Shown here: one piece after another, positions 56,599 through 64,000 of the stretch
Position numbering within the stretch: position 1 is the stretch's first letter
Layout: each line of letters starts with the position of its first letter
Source: Candidatus Eiseniibacteriota bacterium
Lineage (GTDB): Bacteria > Eisenbacteria > RBG-16-71-46 > CAZAMP01
NCBI GenBank assembly: GCA_965224245.1
Contig: OZ245046.1
Location: 3,104,001 to 3,168,000, forward strand
Direction: 5' to 3'
Length of the DNA: 64,000 bases
The notes under the pieces: generated by a model
Seen by the model: only the letters and a program-made list of their open reading frames with translations
Database searches by the model: none
Told to the model about the DNA's origin: nothing
Translations under genes and position numbers: made by a program

Positions 56599-57828
56599 GT
56601 GGCCTCGTCGGTCCTTACACGCATCGTGCTCGTCGGAGTCGTCGTGCTGAGCGGTCGGTCCGCCGCGGCGGACTCCTCCGGGAGTGAGCTCTCGCCGGAA
56701 CGACTCGACCCCGTCCAGCGCCTGCTGGAGACCGCCGTCAACGACGGGCGCATCACCGCGGCCGTCGCGCTGGTCGCTCGCGATGACGAGGTGATCTGGC
56801 GGGGAGTCGCCGGCGAGATGTCTCCCGGGGTTCCCATGCGCGCGGACGCCATCCTCCCGCTCGCGTCGGTGGGGAAGATGTTCACCGCGACCGCCGCGAT
56901 GATCCTCGTCGAACGGGGCGTGATCGCTCTCGACGATCCCGTGAGCACGTACATCCCGGAGCTCGCGAACGTGAGGATCGAGACCGGAGGCGAGAGCGGC
57001 GGGACATCCGTCGTTGCGCCCGAACGCCCGATCACCGTGTACCACCTGCTCACGCACACGGGCGGCCTCTCGGTGACCGGCGACGCGTTCTGGGCGGACT
57101 GGGACGCCAACGTGGGCAAGACCACGACGACACACCTCGCCCGGGCGCTGGCCGCGCGACCGCTGTTCGCGGCGCCCGGAGACGCGTTCATGTATGGGCC
57201 CACCGGTGCGTCGTACGAGGTGCTCGGGGCGGTCATCGAGATCGCCAGTGGGCGGTCGCTCGAGGCGTTCATGACCGAGAACGTCTTCGAGCCGCTCGGT
57301 CTGTCCGACAGCTACTTCTACCTGCCGGAGGAGAAGTCGAATCGACTGCCCGCCGTCTACCGGAGAGTCGACGGCGCCTTGCAGCTGGACCGAGCGGCCG
57401 GCCGGGACTTCCCGCGCTCGACGTTCTTCCACGGCGGCGGAGGTGTGCGTTCCTCACCCGACGACGTCTTTCACTTCGCGCGGCTCTTCCTGGACGAGGG
57501 ATCGGTGGACGGCGTGCGGATTCTCGAGCCCGCGAGCGTCGAGATGATGATGACGGACCAGCTCGGAGACCTGGCACCCGACGAGTGGCGAGCGCTCGGC
57601 CTCAGCTGGGGATACGGAGCGGCCGTGAAGGTCTCGGAAAGCGCCGATGGCTCGCCCGTGGTCGAGCAGTACGGCTGGGTCGGCGGCGGGTTCGCCAAGC
57701 TCTGGATCGACCCGCGCGAACGCCTGATCGCGTACCTGAACGTCCCGCTGATGCCCCCCGGGGACAAAGCGCTCCTGGACGCGTTCGAGGAGCGGGTGTA
57801 CGCCGCCCTGGCGCCCCGGCCCCGGTAG
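56599..57828 (+). CDS. Beta-lactamase-family serine hydrolase
   Basis: GTG start after GGAGGAGG; LASVGK (SxxK), LDDPVSTYIP, LLTHTGG, PGDAFMYG, EPLGL and YGWVG motifs. Confidence 0.88.
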   Translation: MASSVLTRIVLVGVVVLSGRSAAADSSGSELSPERLDPVQRLLETAVNDGRITAAVALVARDDEVIWRGVAGEMSPGVPMRADAILPLASVGKMFTATAAMILVERGVIALDDPVSTYIPELANVRIETGGESGGTSVVAPERPITVYHLLTHTGGLSVTGDAFWADWDANVGKTTTTHLARALAARPLFAAPGDAFMYGPTGASYEVLGAVIEIASGRSLEAFMTENVFEPLGLSDSYFYLPEEKSNRLPAVYRRVDGALQLDRAAGRDFPRSTFFHGGGGVRSSPDDVFHFARLFLDEGSVDGVRILEPASVEMMMTDQLGDLAPDEWRALGLSWGYGAAVKVSESADGSPVVEQYGWVGGGFAKLWIDPRERLIAYLNVPLMPPGDKALLDAFEERVYAALAPRPR

Positions 57829-58021
57829 CGGAGCGGCACATGCGGGACGGTCGCCCGCCGGCAAGGAGACGGTCCGGCTGCCGGCGGCGGCGCGTGTATC
57901 ACCTCGCGAGCGCGCGGGGTCTGCCCTCGAAACGTCCTCATCGGCGCGCCGGCACGCAACGGAGATCCACGCGACGTCCCGAGGCGACCGGCGCTCGAGC
58001 CCGTACGTCAGGAGGTACGCC

Positions 58022-59875
58022 GTGCTCCGTGCGCTCCTCGTCACCTCCGGGGCGCTCGCGTTCGGATCCGCCCCGCTCCGGGCCGCGCCCGATCTCCGCA
58101 CGATCCTGGTCACCGGCGATCCGGTTCCCGGCGGTCCCGAAGGGGAGACGATCCGGTGGATCGGCAGCCCGCCCTCCACCGGAGACGCGCTGGCCATCAC
58201 CGGCGACCGGGGCGACGTGGGGTTCGTCGCGGGCTGGGGCGCCAGCGTGTTCGAGCCTCACGGCGTGTTCGTGGACGAAGGTGGCCTCGTGCGGCGGATC
58301 GCGGAGCGCGGGGAGATGGCCCCGGGGACCGCCGTCCCGTTCGACTTCTTCCCGGGGATCTTTCCCGCGTCGCCTCACCCGAGCGGCGGGCGGGTTGCCT
58401 TTGCCGGTGGAGTCACACCCGACACGACGCCGATCTCGGGGCTCTGGTCGGACCGGACCGGCTCCCTCGAGCTCGTCTTCCTCGACACCGATCATCCCCC
58501 GGACACGCCACCGGGGTACGGATTCTTCCAGTGGGTGCACGCGCTGCGCGGCGACGCCATCGTGGTCAACGCGCGGTACGGAACACACATCAACGAGCAC
58601 GGCTTCTGGCGTGATCCCGGGACCGGCTTCGAGACGATCGCGCTCACGATGACCCATGCACCGGGGACGCCCGAAGGCGTGGTGTTCGGCAACGGGACCG
58701 AGCTGGCGCTCGGCGCCTTCCAGAACTGGGACCTCGACGACGCCGCGCGGATCGCGTTCCACGCGATGATCATGGGATCGGGCGTGGGTGACCTGAACGA
58801 CGAGGGGATCTGGTCGGAAGGGGCGGCGGGACTCTCGCTGCTCGCGCGCGAAGGCGACCCCGCGCCCGGAGATCCCGGCGCGGTCTACCTCGGCTATCAG
58901 GGCTTTCGAACCTTCGGTCACGGCAACGTCCCCGGCGTCCTGCGTTCCGGTACGGGTTACACCGTCTTCGGCGCACAGACCGACGTGCCCGGCAACACCT
59001 ACCCCGGTGCCGGGATCTACAGCGATCGCACCGGTACCGTCGAGCGCATCGCGCTGGGACGTCCCGCGGCGGAATCGCCCGACGGCGAGGAGGCGCCGGG
59101 CTTTCCCGCCGGCGTGACGTTCACCACGTTCCTGGCCGCGCGCATCACGGATGCCGGCGTGGTCGCCATCAACGGCGGGACGACGTCGGGCGCGCTCGCG
59201 ATCTGGTGGGATCTCCACGGCGCGCTCGAGCGCGTGGTCACGACCGGCGACGGAGCCACGGGCCTCCCGGCGGGCTGGACGCTCACGCTGCCGGTCCTGA
59301 TCGGGGTCACGGATCCGGGCTACATGTACGTGTCCTCGAGCCTCGACACTCCTTCAGGCACGCGCGCGGGGGTCTTCCTCGTCCTCCCGACCGGCGAGGT
59401 GCAGCTCGTCGCGGCGACCGGACTGGGCTACGAGGTGCGCCCGGGCGACGTTCGGACCGTGGGCACCATCAATCGTGGAGCCGGGATCGGAGACGGGGGC
59501 CAGATCACGCTCGAGCTCGAGTTCGGCGATGGGAGCGAGGCGTTGATCCAGGCGGCTCCTTCGGAGGTCGTAGCGGTGTCGGACGGAACGCCGAGCGCTC
59601 GAAGAGTCCCGGTGAGCGTGTACCCGAATCCGTTCCGTTTCGAGTCGGTGATCACGATCCGCGGCGAAGGAGCCGGGCCGCTGGTCATCGCGGTCTTCGA
59701 TGCGACCGGACGCCGCGTCCGCACGCTCGAGTCGACCCCCTCGACCGAACGCGAGGTGCGAGTCTTCTGGGATGGACGCGACGACGCGGGACGGCGGCTC
59801 TCGCCCGGCGTCTACTTCGTGCGCACGCAGCGTGGCGCGGCGGCTACGGTGACGAAGCTCATCCTCTCGCGGTGA
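58022..59875 (+). CDS. Secreted repeat protein (NxxGxxAF/DUF7453-like) with FlgD/T9SS-like CTD
   Basis: AGGAGG RBS; repeats G.VAF..GIWS..L.L.AREGDPAPG; CTD YPNPF..FDATGRRVRTL..WDGRDDAG..GVYFVR..KLILSR. Confidence 0.78.
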   Translation: MLRALLVTSGALAFGSAPLRAAPDLRTILVTGDPVPGGPEGETIRWIGSPPSTGDALAITGDRGDVGFVAGWGASVFEPHGVFVDEGGLVRRIAERGEMAPGTAVPFDFFPGIFPASPHPSGGRVAFAGGVTPDTTPISGLWSDRTGSLELVFLDTDHPPDTPPGYGFFQWVHALRGDAIVVNARYGTHINEHGFWRDPGTGFETIALTMTHAPGTPEGVVFGNGTELALGAFQNWDLDDAARIAFHAMIMGSGVGDLNDEGIWSEGAAGLSLLAREGDPAPGDPGAVYLGYQGFRTFGHGNVPGVLRSGTGYTVFGAQTDVPGNTYPGAGIYSDRTGTVERIALGRPAAESPDGEEAPGFPAGVTFTTFLAARITDAGVVAINGGTTSGALAIWWDLHGALERVVTTGDGATGLPAGWTLTLPVLIGVTDPGYMYVSSSLDTPSGTRAGVFLVLPTGEVQLVAATGLGYEVRPGDVRTVGTINRGAGIGDGGQITLELEFGDGSEALIQAAPSEVVAVSDGTPSARRVPVSVYPNPFRFESVITIRGEGAGPLVIAVFDATGRRVRTLESTPSTEREVRVFWDGRDDAGRRLSPGVYFVRTQRGAAATVTKLILSR

Positions 59876-59929
59876 CGCTCGACGAGGCTCCGATCGAGTC
59901 GTCGGACTCGGTGAAGGCCACCGTCTCCG

Positions 59930-60523
59930 TCAGTCGTCGGACGGCTCCCCGTCCAGCACGTCCGCCCAGTAGCTCGACCACTCGCGCAGCATCACCCGAT
60001 CGTCGAGCCTCGGCGGCAGCGAAGGCGTCCCGCGCTTCGTCAAGTAGAAGAGCCATCCGCCGAACACCGTCACCGCCAGCGCATCCCGTCGAGCCCGTGA
60101 CATCCGGCGTGCGTGGGGCTTGCGGCGCAGCCAGTCCGAGAGGGCGCGAAGAAGATCCACGCTCACGCGTCGCTCGAGGTCCTGGACCTGCGGGAGATTG
60201 CGCGTCTCGGCGATGAGATCCGCCAGTGGCGCCTGCCGCTCGGCGGCCCGCAGATAGCCTCGGGCGATCACCAGCAGCTCGGATCGCGTGTCCTCGAGCG
60301 GAAGCACGTCCTCGAACCCCAGCTCCTTGCGACTCTCGATGATCGAGGTCTCCCCGATCTCCGCGACGAGATCGGCCTTGCTGGCGAAGTGCCTGTAGAA
60401 CCCACCCGCACGCGGCGCGAGCCCCGCGGCGCGTTCGATGTCGGCGATGGACGTGCCGGCGTAGCCCTTCTCGATCATCAGCTCGAGGGCGGCCTGGCGA
60501 ATGCGCTGGCGAGTGTCGCTCAT
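59930..60523 (-). CDS. TetR/AcrR family transcriptional regulator
   Basis: TRQRIRQAALELMIEKGYAGTSIADIERAAG..FYRHFASKADL. Confidence 0.92.
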   Translation of the reverse strand: MSDTRQRIRQAALELMIEKGYAGTSIADIERAAGLAPRAGGFYRHFASKADLVAEIGETSIIESRKELGFEDVLPLEDTRSELLVIARGYLRAAERQAPLADLIAETRNLPQVQDLERRVSVDLLRALSDWLRRKPHARRMSRARRDALAVTVFGGWLFYLTKRGTPSLPPRLDDRVMLREWSSYWADVLDGEPSDD

Positions 60524-60572
60524 CGGAACGGCCTTGTCGGGATTCGTGAAACGGCGACGGCGTCCCCACGTA

Positions 60573-60615
60573 CAATAACGCTGTTATTGATAATCAATAA
60601 CACTATGTTTGTCAA
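60573..60615. promoter_or_regulatory. Tandem palindromic operator and promoter between tetR and the CPBP gene
   Basis: Perfect CAATAAC-GCT-GTTATTG at 60573-60589; degenerate copy CAATAACACTATGTTTG at 60595-60611; TTGACA on the minus strand at 60610-60615. Confidence 0.75.
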
Positions 60616-60655
60616 GGTGACTCCGATCCCGGTCCCCTACCGAGGAGGGCTCGCG

Positions 60656-61540
60656 ATGACGTCCCGGCCTCCGAAGCTACTCGATCTCTGGCGACGGGTT
60701 CCGCTCCCGATCCGCGCGCCCATCAACGGGCTGCTCGTGTTTCTGGTCCTCCAGGCGGGCGCGAGCTCCCTGCTCGTTCTGAACGTGCACGCGCTCCCCC
60801 ACGTGCCGTGGAGCGTCCCGATCAGCCTCTTCTACCTCTGGATCGTGTTCCGATGGCTCGGAGGGCGGTGGGCACCGTCGTCCACGGCCGACGCGAGGCG
60901 CAACGGCCTGCGCGCACGGGGCATCGGCGCGGCCGGATGGAGAGACGTGAGTCAGGTGGTGGCGCTCCTGGTGGTGTTCATCCTCGCGGTGGCGATGCTC
61001 AACTACCGGATCATCGCCGTCCCCGAGGATCCCGACGTGCTGCCCTCCCTGCCGTGGTGGACGCTCCTCCCGATGCTGATCATGGTGTCGATCGTGGCGG
61101 GAGTCTCCGAGGAGTCCGGCTTCCGCGGGTACATGCAGGGACCGCTGGAGAGCCGGTACGGACCCGGCCTCGCCATCACCGTGACGGCCGTGCTGTTCTG
61201 GGTGGCACACCTGAACCACCCATCGGGCCCGGCGCGCTTCCCCTCGCTCCTGACCATCGGGATCACACTCGGGGCGCTCACGTACGTCGTCAGGTCCATC
61301 GTGCCCGCCATCGTCGCCCATGCCGTGGCGGACACCATCGCGTTCGTGGGGAGCGCGTTCGAGATCGGCCCTCGATGGCTGTGGCACCCACCGATGCTGC
61401 GAGACTCGGGCGTCGACGGCGGACTCGTGGGTACGGCGGCGGTCGCGGTGATCACCGGTGTGGGTCTGACGATCGCGCTTCGCCGGCTCGCGGCTCCGAT
61501 CCGAGCTGGCGCCATCGCTGGCTCGGGCGGTGCGATCTGA
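60656..61540 (+). CDS. CPBP (Abi/CAAX type II) intramembrane metalloprotease
   Basis: GAGGAGG RBS; EESGFRG, FWVAH and AHAVAD motifs; multiple TM helices. Confidence 0.9.
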   Translation: MTSRPPKLLDLWRRVPLPIRAPINGLLVFLVLQAGASSLLVLNVHALPHVPWSVPISLFYLWIVFRWLGGRWAPSSTADARRNGLRARGIGAAGWRDVSQVVALLVVFILAVAMLNYRIIAVPEDPDVLPSLPWWTLLPMLIMVSIVAGVSEESGFRGYMQGPLESRYGPGLAITVTAVLFWVAHLNHPSGPARFPSLLTIGITLGALTYVVRSIVPAIVAHAVADTIAFVGSAFEIGPRWLWHPPMLRDSGVDGGLVGTAAVAVITGVGLTIALRRLAAPIRAGAIAGSGGAI

Positions 61541-61615
61541 CATGGGCGCCGGGTGGTCGTGCTCGCCGGGGCGAAGGCCACGCGGCGACAGGTCGAACCG
61601 GCACCGGGAGTCCGA

Positions 61616-61641
61616 GACGGTGCGGCTCGAGCCGCACCGTC
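61616..61641. terminator. Perfect 26-bp palindrome between convergent genes
   Basis: GACGGTGCGGCTCGAGCCGCACCGTC is its own reverse complement and lies 6 nt past the stop at 61648. Confidence 0.6.
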
Positions 61642-61647
61642 ACGCGG

Positions 61648-62901
61648 TCAGAAATACCGGGTGAGTCGAAGCGTCACGTGTCGGTCCCGTCGCAGCACGT
61701 CGACGAGGCCGCCCGGCTCGGTGTTCATGAACCATCTCGCCTCGACCTCCATCGTGAAGCCATGACGGAGCCGGCGCTCGGCCTCGACGAGGACGATCGT
61801 CTCGCCCGTCTCGTAGTCGACGATCGGTCCCCCGAGAATCGACGTGTCGTCGACGTCGTTCAGTGCCCAGCGAAGGCCCACGAAGACGTCGTGATCGAAC
61901 GCGGTGGCGGGCGACCGGCGCCCCCGACCGTCGACCATGAGCTCTCCCACGACCCCCAGATCGGCCGGACCGGGCCCCAGACCGAAGAACGTGTGCTCGA
62001 CACCCGCCACGGCCGCCGCGAACGTCTCGCCGTGCCCGGCGCGGCGGATCGCCTCGAGCTTGACGAGCCAGGGCCCGGTCGTGAGCTGCGCCTCGAGTCC
62101 GCTCTGCTCGATCAGATCGTAGTGCGGCCGGAAGAGTCCGCCGTCCGCTCCGCGCTCGGCCACGAGCCGGGGCTCGCGACTCGTGCCGGAGAAGTGCGAG
62201 AGTGCGACGTCCAGATCGCCCCGCGTGCTCGACCACCGGATCGCGACATCGGGGTGCCATCGACCCCTCGACGATTCGTAGACGGACGGGCCGCTTACGC
62301 GAAGCGGCCCACGCAGCCTGCCGTCGGAGCCCGGGAACGTGCGCGCGCGGAAGACCGGCAGATAGAAGAAATCCACCGACCCCCACGAGCCGTCCAGCGT
62401 GAGGTTCACCATCGGCTGGCCCAGCTTGTCCTCCCCGTCGACGTCCTCCACGCCGTCCGTCTGGTTGACGACGTCCACGAGGTGACGCGCCTCCGTCACC
62501 CCCCAGAACACCTTCCCGACGCCGGCGAGCAGCGACCACCGTGACCCCGTGGTCAGCCAGCTCGCCTCTCGCAGGTCCAGATGCGTTCGCTCCGGGTCGT
62601 GTGCATCGACCCGGAGAAAGGGCCGGAGCGTGAGCACGTGAGCGCCTCGTGACCACTCGTGCACGATCTCCGGCTCCAGCTCGACCGACGGTGAGACGCT
62701 CGCCGCGCTCTGCCCCGCGAAGCCGGGGTCCGCCGGAAACTGCCGCGTCTCCAGCGCGACCTCTCCCGTGATCTCCAGCGCCGGGGCGATGCTCGCTCCG
62801 ATCAGCGCCGTCAGAGCCAGGCCCATGCCCGCTCGCGCGAGACGCGCGAGCGACGCGCCTCGCGAAGTCCGGGTCCGCTCGTCGAATGCCCTGCCGAACA
62901 T
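61648..62901 (-). CDS. Putative outer-membrane beta-barrel protein of an MMPL/LolA-like operon
   Basis: Signal peptide; RTHLDLREA, KVFWGVTEARHLVDVVNQTD and KLGQPM motifs; C-terminal LRLTRYF aromatic end. Confidence 0.72.
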   Translation of the reverse strand: MFGRAFDERTRTSRGASLARLARAGMGLALTALIGASIAPALEITGEVALETRQFPADPGFAGQSAASVSPSVELEPEIVHEWSRGAHVLTLRPFLRVDAHDPERTHLDLREASWLTTGSRWSLLAGVGKVFWGVTEARHLVDVVNQTDGVEDVDGEDKLGQPMVNLTLDGSWGSVDFFYLPVFRARTFPGSDGRLRGPLRVSGPSVYESSRGRWHPDVAIRWSSTRGDLDVALSHFSGTSREPRLVAERGADGGLFRPHYDLIEQSGLEAQLTTGPWLVKLEAIRRAGHGETFAAAVAGVEHTFFGLGPGPADLGVVGELMVDGRGRRSPATAFDHDVFVGLRWALNDVDDTSILGGPIVDYETGETIVLVEAERRLRHGFTMEVEARWFMNTEPGGLVDVLRRDRHVTLRLTRYF

Positions 62902-62903
62902 GA

Positions 62904-63731
62904 CTACCTCACTCTCTTGAGACGAGAGGCGGTGAAGTCCTCCTCGCCGAGCCCGATCTCGAACGTCCAGTCCTCGAACGACAGGAGCGTCGACTTGCCG
63001 GTCTGATGATTGACCATCTCCAGGAGGTGCGGCCGCCAGAACCGATCCAGGTACTGCACGTATCCGGCGTACGTCAGCGTCTTCAGGAGATCGTTCTTGC
63101 GGTCGTAGAAGTCGATCCGCTGGTACCGATACTCCGCCGCGTCGAACCAGACCACCTGTCTGGTGTAGCCGGAGTTCTCGTAGCGCGGTATGCGCTCCAC
63201 GACGAAGCAGTCGACGCCGTCGAGGCGCTCGTCACGCAGCCAGCGATACTCGTACTTCTCCACCTCCTGCGAGAGCAGGTCCTCGTAGGCGAACTCGCTC
63301 CCCACGAAAGGGCCGGACTTGTTGGCCGACGAGATTCGCTTCACGCGCTCGATCGCGGGCAGATACAGCCATTGATCGTCGGGTTCGAGAACACGGGTGT
63401 GAGACAGGAACGCCGTGCCCTTCACGTCCCGGGGCGAGTCGAAGATCACGACGCTCTTCTCACCGTGCCCGGGCTCGGGGTCCTCGAGCGCTCGCCGGCG
63501 CAGCTCACGGCGGCTCTCGTCGCCGTTCCCGTTGCGGAGCACCATCCGGAGCGTGCTCTCGGTGTCGTGCCACCCGCTGTCCCGCCTGAACGCCTCGACG
63601 GCGATCGCGTGTCCTCTCCGAGCCGGATCGACCGCGCCGATCGACGCGTCGCCGGCCGACGGGCTCGGCTGCGCCAGGACGGCAGAGGCGCCGACCGCCG
63701 TCGTGAAGATCAGAAACAGCATCGTTCGCAT
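62904..63731 (-). CDS. Outer-membrane lipoprotein-sorting (LolA-like) protein
   Basis: AAGGAG RBS before ATG at 63731, signal-peptide-like start; FDSPRDVKGTAFL, DDQWLYLPA..VKRI, FVGSEFAYED and FYDR..LLKT motifs. In frame with the upstream MMPL sequence. Confidence 0.88.
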   Translation of the reverse strand: MRTMLFLIFTTAVGASAVLAQPSPSAGDASIGAVDPARRGHAIAVEAFRRDSGWHDTESTLRMVLRNGNGDESRRELRRRALEDPEPGHGEKSVVIFDSPRDVKGTAFLSHTRVLEPDDQWLYLPAIERVKRISSANKSGPFVGSEFAYEDLLSQEVEKYEYRWLRDERLDGVDCFVVERIPRYENSGYTRQVVWFDAAEYRYQRIDFYDRKNDLLKTLTYAGYVQYLDRFWRPHLLEMVNHQTGKSTLLSFEDWTFEIGLGEEDFTASRLKRVR

Positions 63732-64000
63732 GGCAACTTCTCCTTTTGCAAGCAGGGGGGTAACCGACCGAAGGGGCTTCTGGAGACGCTCGCGCACGCG
63801 CACGCGCCGGCGATCGAGCGCCATCAACAGCGTCGGGAGCAGAAGAAAGTCCACCGCCATCGCGCACACCACGGTGAGCGCGGTCAGCAGCCCCATGTAA
63901 GACGTGACCCGGAACGTGCTCAGTCCCAGCATCGCGAAGCCCGTGGACACGATGAGGGTCGTCCCGAGAATGGCGCTCCCGACCTGGCGAAACGCGGCCT
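63732..64000 (-). CDS. C-terminal end of an MMPL/RND-family transporter (5' end outside window; no stop before the LolA-like domain)
   Basis: AAFRQVGSAILGTTLIVSTGFAMLGLSTF..MGLLTA..AVDFLLLPTLL is a typical pair of final MMPL TM helices. Confidence 0.82.

Noticed and set aside
56599-57828. Bona fide antibiotic-resistance beta-lactamase
   Set aside because: SxxK is present, but the YxN position reads YGP and the pattern fits the broad esterase/peptidase members of the family. Resistance cannot be inferred from sequence.
60656-61540. Abortive-infection defence gene
   Set aside because: The 'Abi' name of the CPBP family is historical. The context (divergent TetR, no defence genes) fits an ordinary regulated membrane protease.

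Overview
64 kb of very GC-rich (about 70% by eye) bacterial chromosome holding about 44 genes. I found no rRNA, tRNA, CRISPR array, integrase or transposase. Secreted and surface proteins dominate. Seven end in an FlgD-Ig/T9SS-CTD-like domain and two end in a short 'VP(V/I)ExxSWGxxKxxYR*' tail, which suggests an FCB-group lineage such as Eisenbacteria, Krumholzibacteriota or Latescibacterota (inference). Signalling genes are also abundant: three ECF sigma factors, three Hanks-type Ser/Thr kinases, a GAF-RsbW fusion, a zinc-finger SpoIIE phosphatase, and CGNR, winged-helix and TetR regulators with visible operator palindromes. The best candidate for an undescribed system is at 26078-34706. There an ECF sigma / zinc anti-sigma / lipoprotein TPR-CHAT (caspase-fold) protease operon is transcribed divergently from a radical SAM + hotdog thioesterase + beta-helix + lipoprotein cluster. 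Other notable points are a secreted DUF6345-like His/Cys protein with a coupled partner next to an ECF43-kinase pair, a beta-lactamase-fold protein lacking SxxK that shares an operator with a regulator operon, a redoxin-TPR-S41 protease fusion, and an MMPL transporter in frame with a LolA-like protein. All family calls come from motif recognition by eye; no database searches were run. Many start codons were moved from the ORF track using RBS and overlap evidence.
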